Below are positions 37,856-47,284 of a stretch of DNA of 64,000 nt, piece by piece. Within the stretch, counting starts at the first letter, position 1. Each line of letters begins with the position of its first letter. The notes beneath the pieces were generated by a model. The model was not told the DNA's origin. It saw only the letters and a program-made list of their open reading frames with translations, and ran no database searches. Origin of the DNA: an uncultured Actinomycetes bacterium (lineage in GTDB: Bacteria > Actinomycetota > UBA4738 > HRBIN12); NCBI GenBank assembly GCA_963850315.1, contig CAWKKN010000007.1:146719-210718 (forward strand), written 5' to 3'. The translations under genes were made by a program, and so were the position numbers.

Positions 37856-38800
37856 ATGTTGCGTGAGTCCGAGGCGGAGCTGCTCCCCCGGATCGACGCC
37901 TACCTCGACGCCGTGCCCCGCGCAGTCGTGCGCACCGAGCGGATCGGCCCGTTCACGCTGTTCATCAACGAGGGACACGGCTGGCGGTACTACGCGCGCC
38001 CCACTCTCGGCGCCGCGGAGTTCACATCCTCCGACGTCGACGCGGTCCGCGCCCGTCAGCGCCGGCTTCGTCAGCCCGAGGCCGTCGAATGGGTCGTCCA
38101 GCTCGCACCCGGCGTCGGGGAGGCGGCGCAGGCCACCGGGATGCGGATCCATCACCACCCCCTCATGCACCTGGAGGAGCTCCGGTTGTCGGGGCCCCCT
38201 GCAGGCGCCGAGGTGGTGGCGGTCTCGCCCGAGGACGACCTCGCACGATTCACCGCCGTCGCCCACGTCGGCTTCGGCGCCCCCGGGCTCGGGGTGGGAC
38301 ATCGCGACGACCGGGCGTATGACGACGCTGTGGCGACGGCCGACCGGGAGACGCTGGGGTTCGCGAGCGACCGGATGCGCGAGGGCTTCACGGCGATGGC
38401 GGCGGCGCTGATGGAGGGCCGCCCGGTCGCGGTGGGGAGCTACCAGCCGCACGACGGCGTCGCCGAGATCACCGGCGTGGCGACGTTGCCGGGCTTCCGG
38501 CGGCGGGGCCTCGCGGCCGCGGTGACTTCGGCCCTGGTGCAGGATGCCCTGCACGAAGGTGTTCGAACGATCTTCCTGAGCGCCGATGACGAAGCCGTGG
38601 CGCGCGTCTACGCGAGGGTTGGCTTCCGCAAGGTCGGGACGGCGGCGAAGCGAGCGTGCGCAGCGGCAGAGCGTTGCGCCGTGACGGCGCATAAAGACGG
38701 ATGCGGAGCGGTGACCGGAGGGTCAGCGTCGCCGGGCGACCGCGGTCGTGATGAGGTAGGACCGACGGCAGCGGGGCGAGGGCACGGAGACGTTCCGTAA
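37856..38800 (+). CDS. GNAT-family N-acetyltransferase (C-terminus uncertain)
   Basis: AEITGVATLPGFRRRGLAAAV, LSADDE..RVYARVGF; tail after GTA is low-complexity and overlaps the convergent gene. Confidence 0.8.
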   Translation: MLRESEAELLPRIDAYLDAVPRAVVRTERIGPFTLFINEGHGWRYYARPTLGAAEFTSSDVDAVRARQRRLRQPEAVEWVVQLAPGVGEAAQATGMRIHHHPLMHLEELRLSGPPAGAEVVAVSPEDDLARFTAVAHVGFGAPGLGVGHRDDRAYDDAVATADRETLGFASDRMREGFTAMAAALMEGRPVAVGSYQPHDGVAEITGVATLPGFRRRGLAAAVTSALVQDALHEGVRTIFLSADDEAVARVYARVGFRKVGTAAKRACAAAERCAVTAHKDGCGAVTGGSASPGDRGRDEVGPTAAGRGHGDVP

Positions 38801-39295
38801 GGTCGCCCAGACCCGCGTCGCGATCCACCCGCCGGCGGTGCGCGCGCTCGCCGTCGCTCTGAGCACCACCCGAAGGGTGACGTCCTCGGGCCTGGCGGCG
38901 CAGCTGAGGAAGCCCGGTCGCAGCGTCGAGCCCCTGTAGGTGGGGCCACGGCGCCGCAGGACCAGGGAGAACCCGCCGCTCCTCGACACCAGCCGGACGG
39001 CGCAGGCCGCCGACCCGCAGTGAGGCCGAAGCACCCAGTGGATGCGCTGCGCCCGGCGCGATACCCCGCCCACGTTGGTCCCGGCCAACCGCGCGACGCC
39101 CACGTAGACACCCCCCACCGGTGTCTGGCTGAGGGGCGGCCGGTCCGAGCTCGGTGAGGGAGCCGGAGCTGCGGAGGCCGGGACGGGCACCACGATCGAC
39201 CCTATCCCCAGCCCCACCGCGGTACCGCCCGACGAGCATCCCGTCGCGAGCACGGTCACCGTCGCGAGAACGACGGCACTCGTGCGGATACGCAT
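38723..39295 (-). CDS. Putative lipoprotein of unknown function
   Basis: Lipobox VLATGC, Pro/Ser linker, Cys-containing beta-rich domain. Confidence 0.55.
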   Translation of the reverse strand: MRIRTSAVVLATVTVLATGCSSGGTAVGLGIGSIVVPVPASAAPAPSPSSDRPPLSQTPVGGVYVGVARLAGTNVGGVSRRAQRIHWVLRPHCGSAACAVRLVSRSGGFSLVLRRRGPTYRGSTLRPGFLSCAARPEDVTLRVVLRATASARTAGGWIATRVWATLRNVSVPSPRCRRSYLITTAVARRR

Positions 39296-39321
39296 GGCGC
39301 GATGCTAACTATGCTGATGGC

Positions 39322-40173
39322 GTGACGCTCTACCGACTCGCGGGATCCGTCGAGGGCCTCGTGGCCCCGGTCCTGGTGGCCGCGTTCGATGGATGGATCG
39401 ACGCGGCGTCGGTGGCCTCCTCGACGGCGAACCACCTCGCCTCGGATGCGACCACGGTGGCCACCTTCGAGCCGGACATCCTGTACGACTACCGATCCCG
39501 TCGTCCCGTGCTGGACGTCATCGACGGCGTGCTGCGGCACCTGGCTTGGCCGGAGCTCGCCATCCGCCGGCTTCGGGTGGAGGGACGGGACCTGCTGATC
39601 CTGCACGGTCCCGAGCCGGACTTCCGGTGGCAGGAGCTCGCAGGCGACGTGTTGGGATTCGCGTTGGAGCAAGGGGTTGTGCAATGGGTCACGCTCGGCG
39701 CGATCCCGGCCGCGACCCCGCACACGCGACCAACCCCGGTGTTCGCCACGGCTTCGCAGGAGGGACTCCTGAAGCCCGACCTGCCGCAGGGCCCCGACGG
39801 CCTGCTGCGCGTGCCCTCGGCGTGCCTGTCCGTGCTCGAGCTCACCGCGAGCGAGGGCGGCCTGCCGGCGGTGGGCTTCTATGCGCAGGTGCCGCCCTAC
39901 GTCGGCGGTCCCTACGCCCCCGCCACGATCGCGCTGCTCGAGGTGATGAGCGAACACCTCGGCATCACGCTGCCCCTGGGCGGGCTGCCGGAAGAAGCGC
40001 ACACGCAGCGCGTCAGCCTGGACGCCGCGGTTGCGGCCCAGGCCGAGACGCGGGAGATGGTCGAGCAGCTCGAAGCGCAACAGACCGACCCCGACGAAGC
40101 GATCCCTTCCGGCGACGAGCTCGCCTCCGAGATCGAACGTTATCTGCGCGGCCGCGGTGAGAGTGGAGCCTGA
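39322..40173 (+). CDS. PAC2 proteasome-assembly-chaperone family protein
   Basis: AAFDGWIDAA, YDYRSRRP, GPEPDFRW, TLGAIPAATPHTRP, AQVPPY; TATGCT 6 nt before the GTG. Confidence 0.9.
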   Translation: MTLYRLAGSVEGLVAPVLVAAFDGWIDAASVASSTANHLASDATTVATFEPDILYDYRSRRPVLDVIDGVLRHLAWPELAIRRLRVEGRDLLILHGPEPDFRWQELAGDVLGFALEQGVVQWVTLGAIPAATPHTRPTPVFATASQEGLLKPDLPQGPDGLLRVPSACLSVLELTASEGGLPAVGFYAQVPPYVGGPYAPATIALLEVMSEHLGITLPLGGLPEEAHTQRVSLDAAVAAQAETREMVEQLEAQQTDPDEAIPSGDELASEIERYLRGRGESGA

Positions 40174-40267
40174 CGTCACGCGAGCACGTCCGCTCGGGCT
40201 CTCAGAGGGCTCAAGCAACGCGCCCGAAGCCCGAGGCGTAGCCACCACGAGGTGATACCTTGCGCTT

Positions 40268-40410
40268 CAGCAAGGCGCCGCGGAGGCGAAGCCGGTCGGA
40301 TTCCGGCGCTGTCCCGCAACTGTAGGTCTGTCGTTCCCACCCGACAGACGAGCCAGGCCGACCTGCGTGGCGCACGGGCTGGACGATCCCTCGAGGAGCG
40401 GGGATGTCGG
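40268..40410 (+). ncRNA. Cobalamin riboswitch (compact form)
   Basis: AGGCGAA-GCCGGTCGGATTCCGGC-GCTGTCCCGCAACTGTA, hairpin GTCTGTCG/CGACAGAC, GAGCCAG, then downstream ATCCC-TCGAGGAGC-GGGGAT hairpin; TACCTT -10 at 40256-61; upstream of an ECF operon. Confidence 0.88.
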
Positions 40411-40506
40411 CCGCCGGGTGCCCCACAGACCCCGCGCCGTCGGTCATGTCGCCCCTTGGCGGACGTTCCTGTTCGGGCGCGAGGACGCCCAGGAAGGAGT
40501 GCCCCC

Positions 40507-41526
40507 ATGGGCCGGACCCTCCACAGGGTCTTCACGACGTTCCTGTCTGTTGTCGTCTCCGGCGCCGTCGTGCTCTCGTTCACCGCGATCGCGCACGCGG
40601 CTCCCCTCACCGACCGCCAGCGTGCGGACCGTGCCATCGCCTACCTGCGATCCCGGCAACGGCCGAACGGCTCGATCGTCGCCTTCTCCGCGATCGGCTC
40701 CACTGCCGACGCCGTGTCGGCCTTCGTGGCGGCGGGCGTCGGACGCACGGCGATGATGAGGGCCATCGGCTTCCTTCGCGCCGAGGTCGTGGCCGGCAAG
40801 GTGAACACGATCGGATTGCAGGCGAAGGTCGTGCTGGCGGTCGACGCGGCGGGATTGGATCCCACGACGTTCGGCGGCGCCGATCTGCTCCACACGATCC
40901 GCGCGACGCTCGGTGGCGATGGCCACTACGGCTCGAGCGCCGTGTTCGACGACGCGCTCGTCATGCTGGCCATCGAATCGGCCGGCGTGAAACCCCCGTC
41001 GGCAGCGGCCTTCTGGCTCCTAGCGGCGCAGTGCCCCGACGGCGGCTGGGCCTACGACAAGCCGTACGACCCCTCGACGGGCGACGACGCCCACTGCTCC
41101 GACGGAACCCCGACCGACTACTTCCCCTCGGATTCGAACACCACGAGCTACGTGGTTCAGGCGCTCGCGAACATGTCGAACACGGACTGGGTCCACGACC
41201 CGTTCAAGTTCTTCGCCGATCTGCGCGACCAGGTGCACCGGGGCTGGCCCTACTCCTCCGGCCTGGCCACCGACGCGAACTCGACCGCGCTGGTGCTCCA
41301 GGCGTACCGTGCCGCCAAGCTTGCCGTCCCGAGGTACAGCGTCCAGGCGTTGCGCGATCTCCAGTACACGGCCTGCGGCGCGTTCGCGTACGGCTGGAGC
41401 AAGGGCAAGCGGACCGGACCCGACATCGGCGCGACGATCGGTGCGGTCCCGGGGATGCTGCGTGAGCCGTTCCCGCTCAGCGGCAAGGTCGCGGCGGGCG
41501 TGCCCACCGTACCGAAGTGCGCGTGA
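40507..41526 (+). CDS. Secreted prenyltransferase/squalene-oxidase-repeat (alpha/alpha toroid) protein
   Basis: Signal peptide AHA|A; QW-like repeats LRSRQRPNGS, LLAAQCPDGGW, LRDLQYTACGAF; D.NTT/D.NST motifs; RBS AAGGAG. Confidence 0.8.
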   Translation: MGRTLHRVFTTFLSVVVSGAVVLSFTAIAHAAPLTDRQRADRAIAYLRSRQRPNGSIVAFSAIGSTADAVSAFVAAGVGRTAMMRAIGFLRAEVVAGKVNTIGLQAKVVLAVDAAGLDPTTFGGADLLHTIRATLGGDGHYGSSAVFDDALVMLAIESAGVKPPSAAAFWLLAAQCPDGGWAYDKPYDPSTGDDAHCSDGTPTDYFPSDSNTTSYVVQALANMSNTDWVHDPFKFFADLRDQVHRGWPYSSGLATDANSTALVLQAYRAAKLAVPRYSVQALRDLQYTACGAFAYGWSKGKRTGPDIGATIGAVPGMLREPFPLSGKVAAGVPTVPKCA

Positions 41527-41530
41527 CACG

Positions 41531-42355
41531 ATGACCGGACCCCGGCTGCGCGTGCTGGCGCTCGGACTGGCGCTGGTCGCACCGGTCCTGGCGCCGGCGT
41601 TCGAAGGCGCCGGCGGCTCGGCCGCGTGCGCGGCGGGCCGGCACCATGCTGCGCTCGTCGTGGCCACGGGAGCCAAGACGACGACCTACTGCGTCGCGCT
41701 CACCGCGACGACCGTGAGCGGACTCCGCCTGATCGAGCTCGCCGCCGCCCAGTACGGGCTCGAGTACCGGTTCGGATTCGGGGGCCAGGCGGTGTGTGAG
41801 TTGAACGGTGTGGGCGCGGCCGGTGGAGACTGCTTCGGCGACTACCCGAACTACTGGGGCTATTGGCACGGGACCGGATCGGGCGGGTGGACGTGGGCGG
41901 GATCGGGGGCGGGGTCGTCCTCGGTCGGGGACGGCGACGTCGACGGGTGGTCGTGGGGAGCGGGCGATTCAGGCTCGACGCATCCGCCGCCCCCCCACGT
42001 GGGGTTCACCGGCGTGTGCTCGGTGGCGTCCCCCTCCGCGATGCCGAAGCCGACACAGCCGCCGGCGCCGACCCCACCGCCCACACCTTCGCGGGCACCC
42101 AGCCGCGAGCCGTCGCCCCCCGCCGCCCGATCGTCCGCGCCCGCGACGTCGCACCCGCGGCGATCGCCCCGCGCATCGCACGTTCCCCCGACGTCTTCGG
42201 CGAGCCCTGTGATCGTGCGGGCGGTCGCCACCTCCGGCACCACACCCTCCTCCGGCGGGCCTGCGGCGGGCGCATTCGCGGCGATCGCCGTCGTCCTCGT
42301 CCTCGGGGTAGCCGGATGGGTCAGGCTGCGACGGACCGAGGGGCGCTCGCCGTGA
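41531..42355 (+). CDS. Exported protein: DUF4430-like beta-domain, P/S/T linker, C-terminal TM anchor
   Basis: AVCELNGVG...YWGYWHG..GWTWAGSGAG...GDGDVDGWSW resembles the DUF4430/transcobalamin-beta pattern; hydrophobic C-terminus followed by RLRR. Confidence 0.6.
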   Translation: MTGPRLRVLALGLALVAPVLAPAFEGAGGSAACAAGRHHAALVVATGAKTTTYCVALTATTVSGLRLIELAAAQYGLEYRFGFGGQAVCELNGVGAAGGDCFGDYPNYWGYWHGTGSGGWTWAGSGAGSSSVGDGDVDGWSWGAGDSGSTHPPPPHVGFTGVCSVASPSAMPKPTQPPAPTPPPTPSRAPSREPSPPAARSSAPATSHPRRSPRASHVPPTSSASPVIVRAVATSGTTPSSGGPAAGAFAAIAVVLVLGVAGWVRLRRTEGRSP

Positions 42356-43140
42356 CGCTGCATCCGGGCGCCTGGATCGGATGGGCGACCTGTGCTGGCA
42401 TCGTGGCGTTCACCACCACCGACCCCTTCTACCTCACCGCGCTCGTGGCGGTGGCCTGGTTCGTCTACGCGACGAACCGCGTGCAGGGACCGACCGCTCG
42501 CAGCTTCAGGATCTTCGCGCTCGCCGGCGTCGCTGCGATCGCGATCCGCACCACCCTGGTGTTCCTGGGCACGGTCGACGCGAGCAACGTGACCTACGCG
42601 GCGCTGGAAGGCGCACGGCTGGCGACGCTGCTGATCGTGTTCGGGACGTTCAATGCGGTGACGGACCCGTTCGGCGTCCTCCGTCTGGCACCTCGGCGGT
42701 TCCACGAGCCGGCGCTCGCCGCTGCGCTCGCCCTGTCGATCGCCCCGCGAACGATGGCGACGGCCGGCCGTGTGCGCGAGGCGCAGCGGCTGCGCGGGAT
42801 CCAGGTATCGCACTGGCGCGCGCTGCCGGCGCTCGCCGTCCCCGTGCTCGAGTCGGGGATGGAGGACGCCGTGACGCTCGCCGAGTCGATGGACGCGCGA
42901 GGCCACGGCCGTGGGCGGCGCACGAGGTACCGCCCGGCCGCGTGGACGTCCGAGGGGACGGCGACGCTGGCCGCGTCCTTGATCGCGGCGGCGATCTTCG
43001 TGACGGCGGCGTGGACGGGACGGGGGGACCTGCAACCCTCGACGTCTCCGTTGACGTGGCCGGCGACGAGCCCATGGCTCATCGCGACGCTCCTGCTCCT
43101 GTCCGTCCCCGCGATCCTGCACCCGAGGAAGGCGCGATGA
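42352..43140 (+). CDS. ECF transporter T component (CbrV/EcfT-like)
   Basis: VREAQRLRG and LAESMDARG coupling motifs. Confidence 0.9.
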   Translation: MTLHPGAWIGWATCAGIVAFTTTDPFYLTALVAVAWFVYATNRVQGPTARSFRIFALAGVAAIAIRTTLVFLGTVDASNVTYAALEGARLATLLIVFGTFNAVTDPFGVLRLAPRRFHEPALAAALALSIAPRTMATAGRVREAQRLRGIQVSHWRALPALAVPVLESGMEDAVTLAESMDARGHGRGRRTRYRPAAWTSEGTATLAASLIAAAIFVTAAWTGRGDLQPSTSPLTWPATSPWLIATLLLLSVPAILHPRKAR

Positions 43141-44713
43141 GCGCGACGGCACTGCGGTTCGACGGTGTCTCGTTCCGCTACCCGGACCAAGAGCACCCGG
43201 CTCTCGATGACGTCACCGTCGCGCTCGAGGAAGGCGCGTTCGCGCTCGCCGTCGGGGCGACCGGCGCCGGCAAGTCGACGTTCCTGCGCGCCGCGGACGG
43301 GCTGGTCCCACATTTCACCGGGGGCACGTTCGCGGGTCACGTCCGCGTCGGCGGCCGCGACACGCTCGAGTACGCGCCGCGACGCCTCGCCGACATCGTC
43401 GCCTTCGTCCCCCAGGATCCGGGAGCGTCGTTCGTGCTGGACCGCGTGGAGGACGAGCTCGCCTACGGCATGGAGAACCTCGGCGTCGACCCCGCGCACA
43501 TGCGCCGGCGCGTCGAGGAGATGCTCGACCTGCTCGACATCGAGGCGCTCCGCGGCCGCAGCGTACGATCGATCTCCGGCGGGGAGCGCCAACGCGTCGC
43601 GATCGCGGCCGCGCTCGCGGCGGGGCCACGGATCCTGGTGCTGGACGAACCCACGTCCCAGCTCGATCCGCAGGCGGCCGAACACGTCGTCGCCGCCCTG
43701 CAGCGGCTCGTCCACGACCAGGGGATGACGGTGCTGCTGGCGGAGCACCGGCTCGAGCGTGTGGCGGGCTTCGCCGACGTCGCGCTGGGCTTCGAGCGAG
43801 GGCGCGTCGCGATGGGCGAGACGGACGAGGTCGTGCGCCGCCTCGGCGCTCGGCCCGCCGGTGGCCCGGCTGGGACGGCTGGCCGGCTGGGAACGGATCC
43901 CACTCACCGTGCGCGACGCCCGGCGCATGGCCGGCGATCTGCCGCCTGCCCTCGGACGCAACGGGCACCCCGGTGGGAGCGACGTTGATCTGCATCCGGA
44001 GCCTCACCGCTACCCACGGCGACGCCGTGGCGCTGCGTCACGTTGATCTCGCAGTCGGCGCCGGCGAGATCGTCGCCGTGATGGGGCGCAACGGTTCTGG
44101 TAAGACGACGCTGCTGCGCTGCATCGCGGGCGTGCACGACCCCGCGGCGGGATCGGTGGCCGTGGCGGACCGCACGCCGCCTCGTCCGGGCATCGACGTC
44201 GCCCTGTGTCCTCAGGAGCCCGACGCCATCTTGTTCGCCGACACCGTGCTCGACGAGGTTCGCACCACGCTCCGGGCTCGGGAGATGGATCCGGCTGCGG
44301 CGGGGGGCATCCTGGACGCCCTCGGGATCGCCCCCCTGGCACCACGTCATCCACGCGACCTCTCCGCAGGACAACGACTGCTGGTCGCCGTCGCCGCCGT
44401 CGCGGTGGCCGGGGCGCCGGTCCTGCTCCTGGACGAGCCGACCCGCGGCCTCGATCCGGAGTCGAAGGACCGGCTGGTGAGCTTCCTCAACCGGCATGCG
44501 GACGAAGGGGGAGCGGCGGTCCTCGCGACCCATGACGTGGAACTGGCGGCCGCCGTCGCAACCCGGGTGGTGATGCTCGCGGGCGGGGAGGTGATCGCCG
44601 ACGGCGATGTGGGAACCGTACTGGGAGATTCGCACGTCTTCGCGCCCCAGATGACACGTGCGTTCGGCCCGGGTTGGCTCACCCCCGAACAGGTGGCCGG
44701 AGCCTTGGCATGA
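43137..44713 (+). CDS. ECF duplicated ATPase (A-A'); two +1 frameshifts at ~43848 and ~43970
   Basis: GATGAGKST, ISGGERQR, LDEPTSQLD; linker GPPVARLGRLAGW..PLTVRDAR in frame 2; GRNGSGKTT, LSAGQR, LDEPTRGLD in frame 3. Confidence 0.85.
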
Positions 44714-45615
44714 GCGGCGGCGCGTTGGCTCCCCGCAGGGCGCACCTCCGCGTGGCGGTGCTGATCGGGGTGAACCTGCTGGGGGCGCTCGCGTTCGTGT
44801 GGCCGTTCGTCTTACCGATGGCGCCCGGCGTCAACGAGGACCACCGGTCGGACGGCCCCCTGATCCTCGTCACGTTGTTGATCTGCCTGGGCGCCGTGCT
44901 CGTCGTCGAGCTGGGACACGGCGGATTGGGCCCGAAGGCGGTCGCGCTGCTGGGTGTGCTGGGCGCGACGATGGTGGCGTTGCGGCTCCCCGGGTTCGTT
45001 GCGGGCTTCAGCGCGATGTTCATCATCGTGCTGGTCGGCGGCAACGCGTTCGGGCCCGGCTTCGGCTTCCTGCTGGGGGCCGTCGGCATGTTCGCGAGCG
45101 GGTTGTTCGTCGGGGGTCTGGGGCCGTGGCTCCCGTTCGAGATGGTGGCGGCGGGCTGGGTGGGCCTGGGCGCCGGGCTACTGCCGGGTGCTTCGGCGGG
45201 TTCCGCGTCGAAGGGTCCGTGGCCGCTGCGGATCGGCGCGCTCGCGGCGTACGCGTTCGTCACGGGTTATCTGTACGGCGCCGTGATGAACCTGTGGTCA
45301 TGGCCGTTCCTCACGAGCGGATCCGCGGTGGCATGGGATCCATCCGCCGGTCCCCTCGTCAACCTCCATCACTACGCCGCCTTCTACATGGCGACCTCCT
45401 TCGTATGGGACACGTTCCGAGCGGTCGGGGACGCCGCGCTCGTGCTGGTGCTCGGCCGCCCACTCCTGGGTGCGCTCGACCGCGCCGCGCGCCGGATGCG
45501 CTTGGATGTGCAAGGTGATATGACGAGAGCCACAGCAGCGATCGAGGAGGGAGCCCAGGATGAGCGCGATGCCGCCGAACATGTTCGAGTACGGGAAGGC
45601 GTTCGAACCGTCTGA
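44710..45615 (+). CDS. ECF S component, CbrT-like (predicted cobalamin)
   Basis: GPKAVALLGVL, GFGFLLG, GLGPWLPFEM, SFVWDTFRA; in a Cbl-riboswitch operon; C-terminal extension uncertain. Confidence 0.85.
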   Translation: MSGGALAPRRAHLRVAVLIGVNLLGALAFVWPFVLPMAPGVNEDHRSDGPLILVTLLICLGAVLVVELGHGGLGPKAVALLGVLGATMVALRLPGFVAGFSAMFIIVLVGGNAFGPGFGFLLGAVGMFASGLFVGGLGPWLPFEMVAAGWVGLGAGLLPGASAGSASKGPWPLRIGALAAYAFVTGYLYGAVMNLWSWPFLTSGSAVAWDPSAGPLVNLHHYAAFYMATSFVWDTFRAVGDAALVLVLGRPLLGALDRAARRMRLDVQGDMTRATAAIEEGAQDERDAAEHVRVREGVRTV

Positions 45616-45772
45616 GGTGGAGGCCGTCGAGGAAGAGGAGTACGCCCCCATCGAAGAGCACGAGCACGGGCCAGATTGCGGCCACGAGGCCGTCCAGCAC
45701 GGCGATCACGTGGACTACGTCCAGGAGGGTCGCCGTCACTGGTGGAACCGCGACCACTGGGACAAGCACTAG
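45560..45772 (+). CDS. Small acidic His/Cys-rich metal-binding protein
   Basis: HEHGPDCGHEAVQHGDHVDYVQEGRRH...HWDKH; strong RBS GAGGAGGGAG. Confidence 0.75.
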   Translation: MSAMPPNMFEYGKAFEPSEVEAVEEEEYAPIEEHEHGPDCGHEAVQHGDHVDYVQEGRRHWWNRDHWDKH

Positions 45773-45830
45773 TCCCACCGCCCGATCGCGAAGACGGGGC
45801 TTGTCCCCATCCCGCCGATAGCATGGGCGG

Positions 45831-46508
45831 ATGCCCGAGGCCGCTCCCTCCGAGCGCACGCGCGTCCGCCGCCATCCGGAACGCGGCGCCTACGATCGCG
45901 CGACGATCGACGCCGTGCTCGATGAGGCGCTGATCTGTCACCTCGCGTGGATCACCGACGCCGGGGACCCGCGCGTGATCCCCACCATCCACGTCCGTCG
46001 GGGCGACACGCTCTACGTGCACGGCTCCGCCGCCAGCAACACCCTCCGCGGGATCCGAGACGGCCGCCGCATCTGCATCGAGGCCACGCTGATCGACGGC
46101 CTGGTCCTGGCGCGCTCCACGCCGAAGCACTCGATGAACTATCGCTCGGTGGTGATCTACGGGACGCCGCGCGAGGTCACCGACCCCACGGAACGCGACG
46201 CCGCGCAGCTCGCCCTCGTCGAGCATGTCGTTCCCGGACGGACCGCCGACGTCCGGATGCCCACCGGCAAGGAGCTGAAGGAGACGGCGATCTTCGCCGT
46301 GGTGCTCGAGGAGGCCTCCGCGAAGATCCGCACGGGCCCACCCCTCGATCCCGACGAAGACCTCACGTCCCCCGCGTGGGCTGGCGTGATCCCGGTCGGC
46401 GCGGCGTACGGCGCTCCCGAGCCCTCGCCAGACCTCACCGTTGGCATCGAACCGCCACCGTATGCCAGCGGCTACCGGCGTCCCGGACCTGGCGGCCTCA
46501 CCGCGTGA
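45831..46508 (+). CDS. Pyridoxamine 5'-phosphate oxidase / NimA-like flavin-binding protein
   Basis: RHPERGAYDR, LYVHGS, DGLVLARS..HSMNYRSV, KIRTGPP; TAGCAT 6 nt before the ATG. Confidence 0.88.
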   Translation: MPEAAPSERTRVRRHPERGAYDRATIDAVLDEALICHLAWITDAGDPRVIPTIHVRRGDTLYVHGSAASNTLRGIRDGRRICIEATLIDGLVLARSTPKHSMNYRSVVIYGTPREVTDPTERDAAQLALVEHVVPGRTADVRMPTGKELKETAIFAVVLEEASAKIRTGPPLDPDEDLTSPAWAGVIPVGAAYGAPEPSPDLTVGIEPPPYASGYRRPGPGGLTA

Positions 46509-46581
46509 GCCCGACCGCGTTGCGGCTCGGCTGCGGCGGGGTGGGTTCGCCGCCGCCGCTTTCGCATCGTGAGCCCATCGC

Positions 46582-46983
46582 TCAGGTGTCCGCGTCGGCG
46601 ACGGAGATGCGCCGAGTCGCCGACTCGAACGCGGCCGCGAGCAGCAGCACCGAGAGCTTCCCTTCGGCAGCCAGGATCGTGAGCTCGGCGAGCTCCTGGT
46701 CGTTCGCCGTGACGTCGTAGTCGTTGACGGCGAGGAAGACGATGGCACATAGCAAGGCCACCTGCCGGTTCGCGCGGTCGAAGGGTCGCCGGTGCAGCAG
46801 CTCGGCCATCAGGGCGGCTGCCTTCACGTGCACACCGGGGAAGGCGTCGCCACCGGAAGAATTCTTCGAAGCCGGCAACTCGGCGATCTCCTCCAACGCC
46901 AGCAGGTCCGCGTGCACGTCGTCGCCGCCCTCCAGCTCGGCGAGTGCCGCGAGATCGCGAGGGGACAGGAAGGTGATCGTCAC
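46582..46983 (-). CDS. Doc/Fic-family protein with degenerate Fic motif
   Basis: FPGVHVKAAALM..L-HRRPFDRANRQVA...VFLAVN, versus Doc H(P/I)FxD(G/A)NKR; GTGA overlap with the upstream small gene. Confidence 0.75.
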   Translation of the reverse strand: MTITFLSPRDLAALAELEGGDDVHADLLALEEIAELPASKNSSGGDAFPGVHVKAAALMAELLHRRPFDRANRQVALLCAIVFLAVNDYDVTANDQELAELTILAAEGKLSVLLLAAAFESATRRISVADADT

Positions 46984-47174
46984 GGCTCGCCCAGTCGGTC
47001 GAGGGCGCCCCGATAGCGCACACGGGCGCGTTGGCCGAACCCGTGGACCGCCGCGCGATGGCCCTCATCGGCGAGGTATCCGCGCAGCGCCCGTACCACG
47101 TGGTCCTCGACGTCCTCGCCCGTCGCGAACGCCAGCGCCCGTAGCGATCCGTACAGATCCTTCGGCAGGACCAC
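46980..47174 (-). CDS. Putative RHH-type antitoxin (start may lie further upstream)
   Basis: VLPKDLYGSLRALAFATG...VVRALRGYL, C-term RYRGALDRLGE as in Doc-associated antitoxins. Confidence 0.6.
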   Translation of the reverse strand: MVLPKDLYGSLRALAFATGEDVEDHVVRALRGYLADEGHRAAVHGFGQRARVRYRGALDRLGEP

Positions 47175-47284
47175 CTCTCGTGACTGGATGCTCGTTCACC
47201 TCCCCGGACATCTTGCCCGCCTGGCGCCCCCAGAGCCAATCGGGCATCCGGGGTATCTGTCTCCCTGCGGGGAGCCTCCCCCGG

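Noticed and set aside
40196-40215. TCTCAG...CTCAAG resembling the PhoP-like box, upstream of the B12 riboswitch
   Set aside because: Second half-site is poor and the period is off; could be chance
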